From positions 5,770 to 69,769 of the IMG/VR virus record IMGVR_UViG_3300010412_000009: DNA of 64,000 nt; one strand, given 5' to 3'. Source of the stretch: a virus. Of the stretch, positions 50,699 to 59,803 are shown piece after piece; the stretch's first letter is position 1; the number at the start of each line of letters is the position of its first letter. The notes below the pieces were generated by a model. That model did no database searches. It was not told the origin of the DNA and saw only the letters and a list, made by a program, of their open reading frames with translations. Made by a program: the position numbers and the translations under genes.

Positions 50699-51104
50699 CT
50701 GATTTATCTAATTCTACTTTCAACTTATTATAAATTTCTTCAGAGTTTTCCCATTTCTCAAATTCAAATTGAATATTAAAATCATCAAAACACAAATCAA
50801 AAGCGTTTTTACCATATAATGATTCAATAACATTCTGATATTCCATCAGATATTTTTCAGTTTCATAAACATTATCAATCAACTTAATTGCCGTTCTAAT
50901 TCTACTCGCCCTATCTTTCGCAGAAACAGTCATCGCAGATTCACTTTCCATACGAGTCGCAAGATCTTCAAGATACATTTGAAATAAACGTATACCATAT
51001 ATCACATCAAAATCATACATTTTCCATATAAATGGTACGTATTTTATCAAATTCTTTATTTGATATCGTTTTCTTTTTACCCAATATTGTAAATTATTCA
51101 TCAT
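50625..51104 (-). CDS. hypothetical protein
   Basis: ORF. Confidence 0.6.
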   Translation of the reverse strand: MMNNLQYWVKRKRYQIKNLIKYVPFIWKMYDFDVIYGIRLFQMYLEDLATRMESESAMTVSAKDRASRIRTAIKLIDNVYETEKYLMEYQNVIESLYGKNAFDLCFDDFNIQFEFEKWENSEEIYNKLKVELDKSVAKHNKAKKLLWDFIGKNIDSWWD

Positions 51105-51245
51105 TTCTTTTTATTATATATGTTTTACCGTTCACATCAACTTTAATATTATGCAATGATATACCTTTTTCTCGACATTCACGAATTTTTCGTAAATTTT
51201 CTTTATTTTTTAACATTTCCCTAACTAAAGTACTTAATGGTGCTT

Positions 51246-52100
51246 TCATAATTCTTCTACAGCATAAATTTCAGTAACTCTTAAACCACTAGAATTCCAA
51301 CCATCATAAAGTTTCCCATCAATAACCGCGCAAACATGTCCCCTAACACTAACCACATATTTACCTTTCTTAAGTGATTTAACTGCGGTTGCAACAGTCA
51401 TACCATTCTTATTAGCGATTGATTCAGGACAATCATTAGGATTCTTAACACCATACTTAATATTGCATTTACTCCAAATTCTCTTCTTTTGAACCCCAAA
51501 ATACTCAAGAACTTCATCCCATCTACTTTTTTTATAACCTCTAGTGTATTCATTACCAGTACTCAAAGGACTCCATCCTCTATCTGCCATTTGTTTATGA
51601 ACATCAAAATAATCCGCACCTGTCACTGCAGCAAGGGTAAGGATCTGACAATTATTACTATGAGTATTACCTTTAGACCTATTAATATTGATATGATGAA
51701 CTTCAACGCTATTCCTTCTCCTTTTTCTAATAGGAGTTTCTCCGTCCTCATAATATCTTTTAAACACCATCCTATCACTAACCGTTACACTCCAATAACT
51801 TGAATAAGGACGATTAATACCAATGGCGTAACTTCTTCCTTTCAATCTAACTTTCCAAAGTTCATGATCCTCTACGTCACGATACTGATTCCCAAACAAA
51901 TAACTATCATTCTCGAAAGCATCACAACCACCAACAATTTCGGCATCTTCAAATCTTGGGTTCTTTTTAAGAAAGTCCTCAAATAACTCATAAGTCCCAT
52001 AAGTTACTTCTTGCCCTGTTAGGTTATTAAATGCTGTATTAACATCATATCCCCAAAAATCTTTAGTTGTTTTTTGAACAAACAGGTCTTTGAATTTCAT
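51246..52100 (-). CDS. hypothetical protein with possible Cys-His-Asp peptidase-like C-terminal domain
   Basis: NC...LA...G and GHVCAVIDG.LYD motifs. Confidence 0.5.
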   Translation of the reverse strand: MKFKDLFVQKTTKDFWGYDVNTAFNNLTGQEVTYGTYELFEDFLKKNPRFEDAEIVGGCDAFENDSYLFGNQYRDVEDHELWKVRLKGRSYAIGINRPYSSYWSVTVSDRMVFKRYYEDGETPIRKRRRNSVEVHHININRSKGNTHSNNCQILTLAAVTGADYFDVHKQMADRGWSPLSTGNEYTRGYKKSRWDEVLEYFGVQKKRIWSKCNIKYGVKNPNDCPESIANKNGMTVATAVKSLKKGKYVVSVRGHVCAVIDGKLYDGWNSSGLRVTEIYAVEEL

Positions 52101-52166
52101 AGTTGACTAGTTTTTATTCTTTGATAACACAAAGATACTAAAAAATTTTTAAACCACAAAAAAAAA

Positions 52167-52243
52167 TGGTAGGGGATGTTGGACTCGAACCAACGACACC
52201 TAGTATGTAACACTAGTGCTCTACTCTACTGAGCTAATCCCCC
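52167..52243 (-). tRNA. tRNA-Val(TAC)
   Basis: cloverleaf, loop GT-TAC-AT, encoded CCA. Confidence 0.88.
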
Positions 52244-52274
52244 ATAAAAACATTGAATTTAGAAGTCTTTAATA

Positions 52275-52826
52275 TCACTTTGATACATAACCCCTAACGT
52301 TTAATGATCGTTCAACACGTTCAATCTCAGGTATGTCATTTCTCAATTTAGCCTCTTCCAAGGTTTCCAACAAGTCAACAATATCTGGTGATGGTAATTC
52401 TTTAACTACCGTTGGGTTTACCTCTTCTTTTTCAATTTTCTTAGGTTTTGACAATCCATTAAGATTATTAAGAGCCTTAAATTTTCGTTTAATATCATGT
52501 AATGTTCTATTACCCTCACTATGATTGTAAATCTTTGCATCACTAACATCTTGTTCAATATGAACCGTAAATTCCGAACTAAAATTATAACTAACAAACC
52601 CAACTTGACCAGTATCAAACCAAAGTTTAATAATATACTGATTGTCACCAATTTCAATCATTCTGACATCCTCACAATGACGAGCAATGTCACTAGTTGT
52701 CAAATATGAAAAATTAAGATTTCCATTTGCACCATCATCGAATACAATCGATTTTATCAATAGTATCAAATAACCTATAAGAAACCCAAGAATTAGAAAT
52801 AATAATACCAACATTAGTTTAATCAT
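52275..52826 (-). CDS. hypothetical membrane-anchored protein
   Basis: N-terminal TM helix. Confidence 0.55.
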   Translation of the reverse strand: MIKLMLVLLFLILGFLIGYLILLIKSIVFDDGANGNLNFSYLTTSDIARHCEDVRMIEIGDNQYIIKLWFDTGQVGFVSYNFSSEFTVHIEQDVSDAKIYNHSEGNRTLHDIKRKFKALNNLNGLSKPKKIEKEEVNPTVVKELPSPDIVDLLETLEEAKLRNDIPEIERVERSLNVRGYVSK

Positions 52827-52855
52827 ACTATCAATATGTTTTTAACAAAAAAAAA

Positions 52856-53137
52856 TTATTCTTCTTCTTCAATACATTTATCTAAAAAATGAACTACCGC
52901 ATCCTCAATACTATCCCTCCAATCTTCTTTATACGCAATAAATGTCGTATGTAGATCCTGAGGTTCAAATTCTATACCTTCAGGTATTTGTTGAAAACCA
53001 TCAGTACACACTTGCCATCTTCCAAAATCATCGTTGATGATTGCAGGACTAATACCATTTTTTTGAAATTCATCAAGAAGAATCTCAAGAGTAATTATTT
53101 TACTCAAATACTCGTACTTTAGTTCTTTTAGGTTCAT
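52856..53137 (-). CDS. hypothetical protein
   Basis: ORF. Confidence 0.55.
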   Translation of the reverse strand: MNLKELKYEYLSKIITLEILLDEFQKNGISPAIINDDFGRWQVCTDGFQQIPEGIEFEPQDLHTTFIAYKEDWRDSIEDAVVHFLDKCIEEEE

Positions 53138-53153
53138 TTTTTTATAGTTTTAG

Positions 53154-53223
53154 TTGCGTCAATCGGATTCGAACCGATCGACCTGTGGATATGAGCCACT
53201 GGTGTACACCTAGTACTGACGCA
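53154..53223 (-). tRNA. atypical tRNA-like RNA, CAT anticodon, minimal D-arm (70 nt)
   Basis: acceptor TGCGTCA/TGACGCA, D hairpin GTAC-TAGGT-GTAC with no 8-9 linker, GTGG-CTCATAT-CCAC, T arm ATCGG-TTCGAAT-CCGAT. Confidence 0.7.
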
Positions 53224-53317
53224 ATGTAATTGATAACAAAGATACTAAAAAATTTTTAAATCACAAAAAAAAAATGGTAGGGAACGTATTTCCATCCCAA
53301 ATCACGTAATCTATCCA

Positions 53318-53764
53318 TTATTTTCGTTTAACATATAATATCTTAGGATAATATCCAAAAGTGTAAACAGTAACGGGACATAACCAAATTACCATATCTG
53401 GAATTCCTGTTGTGTCAGTCCAAACATAATCCCTACCAATATCATTATAACCATCAACTCGTTCTAATTTATGGTATGGTGTAGGAAATATTGATTTACT
53501 AACAACGACAGTAAATTCTCTTTCTTCATTTGGATTCTCATTGAATATGGTTTCACACATTGTTTCTGCACCTGAAACCATTGCCAAATGTTCCACAGGT
53601 CCAGGATATTCGTCAAATTTAACAAACCATTCATATGGTCTAGGACTACGGAATATAATTTCAATCCTTCCTGTGAATAGGAATTTAATCATCCTACCCA
53701 ACATAATAAAAATAAATTTTATATTTTTCATAATATTAATATCTCCATTTATGATAATCATCAT
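53318..53764 (-). CDS. hypothetical protein (DUF6717-like)
   Basis: MV.GA..M and IWLCP....FG.YP..LY motifs. Confidence 0.5.
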   Translation of the reverse strand: MMIIINGDINIMKNIKFIFIMLGRMIKFLFTGRIEIIFRSPRPYEWFVKFDEYPGPVEHLAMVSGAETMCETIFNENPNEEREFTVVVSKSIFPTPYHKLERVDGYNDIGRDYVWTDTTGIPDMVIWLCPVTVYTFGYYPKILYVKRK

Positions 53765-53845
53765 TATTCATACCACCTAACGCAAAAATAATAAATAAAA
53801 ATATCCCAAGGATAATTAATGCTGTTTTCATTTTTAATTATTTTG

Positions 53846-53983
53846 TTAATCCAAATAACTTTTTACATCACTGAACTTATATTTGTCACCAATAAGAAAT
53901 TTACCATCTTTGAACACGCTATAAGATTGAGTATTCGCATTAAAGTAAATTGAAAACCCGTTTTTTTGTTTTACTAATAACAT
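53846..53983 (-). CDS. small hypothetical protein
   Basis: start moved to MLLVK because the track's longer ORF overlaps a tRNA. Confidence 0.45.
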   Translation of the reverse strand: MLLVKQKNGFSIYFNANTQSYSVFKDGKFLIGDKYKFSDVKSYLD

Positions 53984-53997
53984 AATGTTTATTTTAG

Positions 53998-54071
53998 TAC
54001 CCCCATCAGGACTCGAACCTGAAACCTCGTGATTAAGAGTCACGAGCTCTAACCAATTGAGCTATGAGGGT
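53998..54071 (-). tRNA. tRNA-Lys(CTT)
   Basis: cloverleaf, loop CT-CTT-AA. Confidence 0.9.
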
Positions 54072-54087
54072 ATGTTAATCCAATTTT

Positions 54088-54369
54088 CTAATTCCCAACT
54101 CTTTTAATGTGATACAATTTTCCATTAATATCTAACCACCATTCATTCCTATTTGGATTATTTCGACATATATTCAATATATGTTGTTTTATTTCATTAT
54201 CTGTTAATATATCATAATGTTCAATATGAAAAATGTCGTCAGGTGATGGTTTTTGTCTACTTATACCATACAATTTGTCCATTTTAGACATGTGACGAAG
54301 AGAAGCATTGAACAATATAATAACAAATATTATAACTACAATAATTCCAAAAATCAATTCACCACTCAT
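54088..54369 (-). CDS. small membrane protein
   Basis: N-terminal TM helix, TATCTTTG upstream. Confidence 0.55.
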   Translation of the reverse strand: MSGELIFGIIVVIIFVIILFNASLRHMSKMDKLYGISRQKPSPDDIFHIEHYDILTDNEIKQHILNICRNNPNRNEWWLDINGKLYHIKRVGN

Positions 54370-54405
54370 ACAACAAAGATAATGAAAAATTTCAGCATAT
54401 CAAAT

Positions 54406-54933
54406 TTATGCAAATTTAAATTGTTTCAACCATTTGCGAAGTTTTACTTGTGTCTCACCACCTATCATTTCTTCCCACTCATCATACACACCATCCACAC
54501 CTGGAAAATCATAATCTTCATTTCTCAACTCAAGATAATCTTCAAAGTCAGGAAAATTTTCCTTGTCCCAAATTCTATCATCAACCAGGAATACTACCGC
54601 AGTAAGTTGATTACCCAAGTCAGGTTCAACAAATTCAGCACATCGTATCTTATTATCCAATAACCAATCTCGGTGTTGATTTAGTGTTCCTTGAGCAATT
54701 CCTGAAAAATCTCGGTTGTGATTAGTCGTACCACCGTTCAGGATGATGAATGTTTTATCATTTGTCGCCCAATCATAATAAACAGATTCATATTCGGATT
54801 GTTCCAAACTAGTAATGTCTGTACAATATTTGAGTTGATATTCCACAACAGCGTGACCGAATTGGATGCCTTGCTGAATTGGTGATAAGTTATAAGGGAC
54901 TAACCCATACATTCTATACCTTCTTTGTTCCAT
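54406..54933 (-). CDS. peptidyl-tRNA hydrolase type 2-like protein
   Basis: L...Q..IQ.GHA, K..I.L, F.EPDL.NQLTA motifs; start moved to MEQRR. Confidence 0.65.
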   Translation of the reverse strand: MEQRRYRMYGLVPYNLSPIQQGIQFGHAVVEYQLKYCTDITSLEQSEYESVYYDWATNDKTFIILNGGTTNHNRDFSGIAQGTLNQHRDWLLDNKIRCAEFVEPDLGNQLTAVVFLVDDRIWDKENFPDFEDYLELRNEDYDFPGVDGVYDEWEEMIGGETQVKLRKWLKQFKFA

Positions 54934-54963
54934 ATTTATTTTGTGTTTTAATAAAAAAAATTG

Positions 54964-55037
54964 TTCCCCCGCTGGGGCTCGAACCCAGGACCCCCACTTT
55001 AAAAGAGTGGTGCATCTACCAACTGAGCTACGGAGGA
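54964..55037 (-). tRNA. tRNA-Lys(TTT), canonical size
   Basis: cloverleaf, loop CT-TTT-AA; same acceptor stem as 46000..46090. Confidence 0.9.
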
Positions 55038-55049
55038 ATATCACTACAA

Positions 55050-55526
55050 TTACCTTGGTTTACCACCGAAATATTTTTCGGCGGCTTCCACAAAGTATTC
55101 CCTAAATTCAGGAGAATTATTAAACAACTCCCAAACTTTATCTTTATCAAAGACAACCTCATCCACTTTAACCGCTTCAGGATCTTCTCTTTGTGTAACA
55201 TCTTGAAATCCAAGATCTAGTAACATTTGTTTGACCGCATCAGGACTATAATTCCAATACTTATCACTCTCACCGATTTCGATATCATAAATTTCCTTAA
55301 ACAAATCAGTACAAGCCAACATACCTTGTATTGATTCTGGAAACACTTCTATTTTGGGACAGTCTAAAAACTTCCAGCTAATACAAAATTCCACAAAATC
55401 ATCATCATCGTCACCAACCATTATCCAAATTTCGGGATCACAGTTTCTATTATAAAACCAAGATTCATGATATACAACAAAACTTCTTTTCATGTCATTT
55501 ATTTTAATCTGATTACAAAGATACAA
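55050..55526 (-). CDS. hypothetical protein (start probably downstream of the promoter at 55516)
   Basis: ORF. Confidence 0.55.
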   Translation of the reverse strand: MYLCNQIKINDMKRSFVVYHESWFYNRNCDPEIWIMVGDDDDDFVEFCISWKFLDCPKIEVFPESIQGMLACTDLFKEIYDIEIGESDKYWNYSPDAVKQMLLDLGFQDVTQREDPEAVKVDEVVFDKDKVWELFNNSPEFREYFVEAAEKYFGGKPR

Positions 55527-55570
55527 AATATTTTTGAGTTATCAAAAGATTATATAATTATTGTTAAATT

Positions 55571-55756
55571 TTAATATTCAGGAAACCATTCTAATATTGT
55601 CACACCATATTCAGGCTCAATACCAAGAGCATGCTGACAATGATATTTCGCCTCATTATATCTAATAAAAACACTATCGTCAGGAGTACTATATATACTT
55701 AACAATTGAATACCTATCTCGGTATCAAAAATCTTATTAACCATTTCTTGTGTCAT
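55571..55756 (-). CDS. small hypothetical protein
   Basis: start moved to MTQEM to avoid the tRNA. Confidence 0.5.
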   Translation of the reverse strand: MTQEMVNKIFDTEIGIQLLSIYSTPDDSVFIRYNEAKYHCQHALGIEPEYGVTILEWFPEY

Positions 55757-55770
55757 AGTATTATATTTAG

Positions 55771-55842
55771 AGGTCGGGGTGGGATTTGAACCCACGTACA
55801 GAGTTTTGCAGACTCGCTTCTAACCCCTCGAAGCACCCGACC
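55771..55842 (-). tRNA. tRNA-Cys(GCA)
   Basis: cloverleaf, loop CT-GCA-AA, U discriminator. Confidence 0.88.
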
Positions 55843-55849
55843 TAATTAA

Positions 55850-56173
55850 TTATCCCTTAACAATAAGTTCCACAGGTTCAGCACCTTCTTCAAGCCAATG
55901 TTCAACCAAACCTTCTGTTTCAGATGTGAGATAATAGATGTGAGTATAAGGATCTCTCCAGTTAACACTCGTATCACCTTCCCTATTCCAAACACTAATA
56001 AGCCCTTTTTTCACCAAAGAACCGACAACACCTCTAACAACTCTAGGACTCAAGTTTGTTTCTGCACAAACTTCACCGAGTCCAACATCACTAAATCCAC
56101 GTTCTGCATACATTTCATTAACAAGAGCATCAATTACTTGTTTTTCCATCGGAGTGACTGTTACTTGTTTCAT
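55850..56173 (-). CDS. winged helix-turn-helix-like protein
   Basis: EVCAETNLSPRVVRGVVGSLVKKGLI pattern. Confidence 0.6.
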   Translation of the reverse strand: MKQVTVTPMEKQVIDALVNEMYAERGFSDVGLGEVCAETNLSPRVVRGVVGSLVKKGLISVWNREGDTSVNWRDPYTHIYYLTSETEGLVEHWLEEGAEPVELIVKG

Positions 56174-56260
56174 AATCGTGTTTTTTTGTATTGTTATGAC
56201 ACAAAGATAAGAACTTATTACAAAATAACCAAATTATCTAAGAATTAATTTATCGCATCA

Positions 56261-56455
56261 TTATACGATATTATCATTAGCACGAAGTAAAGTTTCCATA
56301 AATTGACAAACACGAGTAGTTGCCCAATCATCAGGAACTTTACAATCAATTTCGACACCATGTCTTGTTGTCATCTCAACAATTCTCTTATCACTGAAAT
56401 AAGTGGCAATTGATGAATTTCTTTGGAAAACGATTTTAATAATATCTTCTTTCAT
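56261..56455 (-). CDS. hypothetical protein
   Basis: ORF behind TATCTTTG promoter. Confidence 0.5.
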   Translation of the reverse strand: MKEDIIKIVFQRNSSIATYFSDKRIVEMTTRHGVEIDCKVPDDWATTRVCQFMETLLRANDNIV

Positions 56456-56505
56456 ATGTGTAAATTATTTAGGTATCAAAGATACAAAAAAAAAAGAAAT
56501 GGTAA

Positions 56506-57396
56506 CTATTTTTTTCTCCTTTTTAACACTTCGTCTCTAGAGACAAGAAAACTTAATTTAGGATTTGGATTATCCTCAGAATAAGGTAACACATTCTCCA
56601 ATCGTCTTTCACAAAGATTAACATATTCTTCATTAATATCAATTCCAATATAATGTCTTTTATTCATCTTTGCCATTTTTAGAGTTGTCCCGCTACCTGC
56701 CATCGGATCCAAAACAACGTCACCTACATCCGACCAACTTAAAATATGATCTTCAGCCAAACTTTCAGGAAATATTGCGGGATGTTGATGAGCATAATCA
56801 TCTTTGGATGAAAATCCTTTGCCGTTATTAATATACCACACATTATATCTTGTACCATATTCACCAACCACGAACTTATCTGATTTCTTCAAATCACCAT
56901 CTTTTGTTCTTGCAGATGGTGTCCCAAAATTAGTATGTCCAGCCCATCTATTTGGTTTATCTTTTAAAAGGTTAACAGTCTTTGGCTTTCCTTTGGAAAA
57001 GACAAACATGTACTCAAATACTTGAGAATATCTACCAACCTCAGGAAATGGAGCACCATTTTTATGATATATCATTGTATCATATAATGTGAATCCAATC
57101 TCCATAAACTTAAGTGCTTGTTTAAAAGAACTCCCCGTCTCACCTCCGTTCTTAACCTGGTCATTTACCACCCAAACAACAACACCACCATTTTTTGTGA
57201 CTCGATATAACTCACGAGCCATTTCTACAAATGGAAAACTGAAACCATCTTCATAGACAATCTCATCTTTAATCTTACCATTATAACTTCTTAAATTATC
57301 ATATGGCGGTGATGTTACTGTTAAGTCAATAACATTATCATCGAAAGTCTTTAATACCTTTACGGCATCCCCTAAATATGTTTTGTTGTATTTCAT
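56506..57396 (-). CDS. DNA N4-cytosine/N6-adenine methyltransferase (beta class)
   Basis: TSPPY, HPA.FP, VLDPM.GSGTT; start chosen at MKYNK. Confidence 0.9.
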   Translation of the reverse strand: MKYNKTYLGDAVKVLKTFDDNVIDLTVTSPPYDNLRSYNGKIKDEIVYEDGFSFPFVEMARELYRVTKNGGVVVWVVNDQVKNGGETGSSFKQALKFMEIGFTLYDTMIYHKNGAPFPEVGRYSQVFEYMFVFSKGKPKTVNLLKDKPNRWAGHTNFGTPSARTKDGDLKKSDKFVVGEYGTRYNVWYINNGKGFSSKDDYAHQHPAIFPESLAEDHILSWSDVGDVVLDPMAGSGTTLKMAKMNKRHYIGIDINEEYVNLCERRLENVLPYSEDNPNPKLSFLVSRDEVLKRRKK

Positions 57397-57411
57397 GTTA
57401 TATATTATATA

Positions 57412-57600
57412 AAAAAAATGGGGTCGGGACAAGGCATCCCGAACACCCTTCTTTCTATCATTTGTAGTTTCTATTTTACGTCTAAAAACACGTTAGGTAA
57501 CAAAAGAGACGCTTCACATTCGGTGTTGCCCGTCCAAAATCGCCATTGTCTTTTAAGTTTTAGACTAAACTATGTTGTCTTCATTTGGCAGAACCCCAAT
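57412..57600 (-). ncRNA. candidate ~185-nt structured RNA ending in a terminator-like hairpin
   Basis: TGGGGT/ACCCCA ends, TAGTTT/AAACTA and GTCTAAAA/TTTTAGAC helices, TCGGGA/TCCCGA hairpin then T-run. Confidence 0.4.
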
Positions 57601-57613
57601 CAAAAAATCACCT

Positions 57614-57695
57614 TGGTTGCGTTTGGAAGATTCGAACTTCCCCCGGATCCGTCGATCAACACGGCTCATGAGACCGTCAGTACACCATTAACGCA
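57614..57695 (-). tRNA. atypical tRNA-like RNA, CAT anticodon, no D-stem, long variable region, encoded CCA
   Basis: TGCGTT/AACGCA acceptor, ACGGT-CTCATGA-GCCGT, T arm GGAAG-TTCGAAT-CTTCC, ACCA end. Confidence 0.7.
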
Positions 57696-57795
57696 TGATA
57701 CTTCTGTTCATTTAAATAGCGATTGGAAGAGTACCCACTCAATTACTGCCATCAGACAAACCAACCCCTCTTACGGAAAAACTATTTTTTATTAG

Positions 57796-57937
57796 TGGTG
57801 TAATTAGGACTCGAACCTAAATTTTCCTCGGACATGCACCGAGACGATGTAGATTATCCTCAAGTAATAACTTTAGTGGAACGTTACTCACCTATAACTT
57901 ACTCTCATAGGACAATACCCAATTCATCTTTTACACC
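57796..57937 (-). tRNA. 142-nt tRNA-like RNA with a 75-nt structured D-loop
   Basis: acceptor GGTGTAA/TTACACC, D-stem GATG/CATC, CTCGG-TGCATGT-CCGAG, T arm TTAGG-TTCGAGT-CCTAA. Confidence 0.75.
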
Positions 57938-57950
57938 ATAAGTTAATTAG

Positions 57951-58037
57951 TGGCGAGAGGGAGATTCGAACTCCCACACCTTTCGGTTCTTGGGTTATGA
58001 GCCCAAGGAGGCATCGCCAGCAGCCTTCATTCTCGCA
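57951..58037 (-). tRNA. initiator-like tRNA-Met(CAT) with long variable arm
   Basis: 1:72 T/C mismatch, anticodon stem CTTGGG/CCCAAG with three G-C pairs, variable hairpin ACC-GAAA-GGT. Confidence 0.75.
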
Positions 58038-58045
58038 ATTTATTG

Positions 58046-58117
58046 ATCCTCTGTGGAGAATCGAACTCCATTATCCGGTTTACAAGACCGGCGCATCACC
58101 TTTTATGCTTCAGAGGA
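58046..58117 (-). tRNA. tRNA-Thr(TGT)
   Basis: cloverleaf, loop CT-TGT-AA. Confidence 0.85.
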
Positions 58118-58415
58118 AGATAATTCCTTGTTATTTAGTTTAAAACAAACTACCTATCAAACTACCTAACAAATATAAGAAAGGATAGAATAATAAACAA
58201 GCAATAGCAATTATTTTTTTATATTTTTCCATCCTTATAAATACATAGGAATTACCAAGGAATTCCTTTTTTCTTTGAAGTTTCATGCAATAGTTGTTTA
58301 ACCATCTTTTTTGCCAAGGTATTTAGTTTTTGTCCTTCAACAACTTCACCTTGTTTGAATGCTCGTTCAACAACAAGTTCATTCTTTTCATTAAAATACT
58401 CAACTTCGTGTGATT

Positions 58416-58664
58416 TCATCTTTTTTTAGTTTTTATTAGTTTTTTAATTTCAATTGAATACCTCTCACTTGGATGTTTTTCATCCGTTAATACAAACAAT
58501 ACTTGATCTTGATCAGGATTAGTCAATTGTATAACACTAAACCTATCATCAATATCGTGTAACCCTTTTTGTACCGTTTCAACTATTTTTTTAGGAATAT
58601 CTATCTCAACACTCAAAGGGTTATAAGAGTCTGGAGACAATACCGATGTTTTAAATTTCTTCAT
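58416..58664 (-). CDS. hypothetical protein
   Basis: ORF. Confidence 0.5.
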   Translation of the reverse strand: MKKFKTSVLSPDSYNPLSVEIDIPKKIVETVQKGLHDIDDRFSVIQLTNPDQDQVLFVLTDEKHPSERYSIEIKKLIKTKKR

Positions 58665-58666
58665 GA

Positions 58667-59803
58667 TCAGAGTCTATCGTCATATTTTAATTCATTTTTA
58701 GTAAATACAATCGTCAAAATAATATTCAGGATAATATTGATAATATACCCAAAAATATAACTACCTGACGATGGCTCAACATTAATAACTCTATTAAGTT
58801 GAGTAAATTCTTTCCGAACCCAAGATTCTTTAGTTGATGAAATAATATTATTAACCAACTCTGTCATCGTATAGTTCCTACCAAACAAAATTGTTCTGAT
58901 ATAATTGGTAATACTTTCATTATCAAAAGCATAAACCTCATAAAAATTAGGACCAATAACCACCATTAATTCGTTTTTGTTAACACCACCAATATAATGA
59001 ATATGGTTTCTGGCTTTATCGTCCTCTTTATAAATAAAAACAAACACCCTTACTTGACCATGTTCATCTCTACTTTTCTCACCGTAGATTGAATTAAAAT
59101 TCGACAATTTACGATTGGCATTTTCAATATCAGAAACATCAAACCCAAGAGAAACTCCGTTGTCCTTACCAACAATAGCATCTTGAATCATACCCACTTT
59201 TATTTTGGGATATCCCAACATACCCACTTTTTCTTTATCAGTTAGGGTTCTTGTTTTATATACCGAAGAAAACCTAACTTTATTCTTATATGATGATTTG
59301 ATAGTTAATGGATGAAACTTTGATGTGTCACCATCCCATTTTGCCATAAGAATATTACCACTTCGACAATTACCTTGTACCCCTATGACTTGCTCATTAC
59401 CAAATTTGTTCTTGATATAATAATAATCATCACTATTAATACTTCTTGTATTATACGTAGTTATAGCATAATACTTATTAGGGACATCCTCACAACAAGG
59501 ATAATATCTCGTACAATACTCGGTATTTCCTTTATCATCAGTACCACAAGGATATGTTTCAGAACAAGTTGTCCAATATTCATAATCCTCTTCGTGTATA
59601 ACCTTTCGTGTCACCTCACCCAAATACTCGGTATCATAATATCTACTTTCTTCAGAAATGAGAAAAACACCAATGGATACAATAATAGGAATAATTCCCT
59701 GACCAACTAATTCAATCAAATGATATTCCTTAGAATATATTTTATGAACTACAACAACTGAAATAATATTCAGTATGAATAGTATGATTATAAATTGTAT
59801 CAT
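58667..59803 (-). CDS. membrane protein with Cys-rich extracytoplasmic domain
   Basis: two N-terminal and one C-terminal TM helices; C....C......C....CC cluster. Confidence 0.6.
   Translation of the reverse strand: MIQFIIILFILNIISVVVVHKIYSKEYHLIELVGQGIIPIIVSIGVFLISEESRYYDTEYLGEVTRKVIHEEDYEYWTTCSETYPCGTDDKGNTEYCTRYYPCCEDVPNKYYAITTYNTRSINSDDYYYIKNKFGNEQVIGVQGNCRSGNILMAKWDGDTSKFHPLTIKSSYKNKVRFSSVYKTRTLTDKEKVGMLGYPKIKVGMIQDAIVGKDNGVSLGFDVSDIENANRKLSNFNSIYGEKSRDEHGQVRVFVFIYKEDDKARNHIHYIGGVNKNELMVVIGPNFYEVYAFDNESITNYIRTILFGRNYTMTELVNNIISSTKESWVRKEFTQLNRVINVEPSSGSYIFGYIINIILNIILTIVFTKNELKYDDRL

Larger units (their letters stand above)
52121..53284. repeat. about 55-bp direct repeat at 52121-52175 and 53230-53284 (promoter plus tRNA-Val 3' end)
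   Basis: TTGATAAC..AAAGATACTAAAAAATTTTTAAA(C/T)CAC-A-run-TGGTAGGG present twice. Confidence 0.8.
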
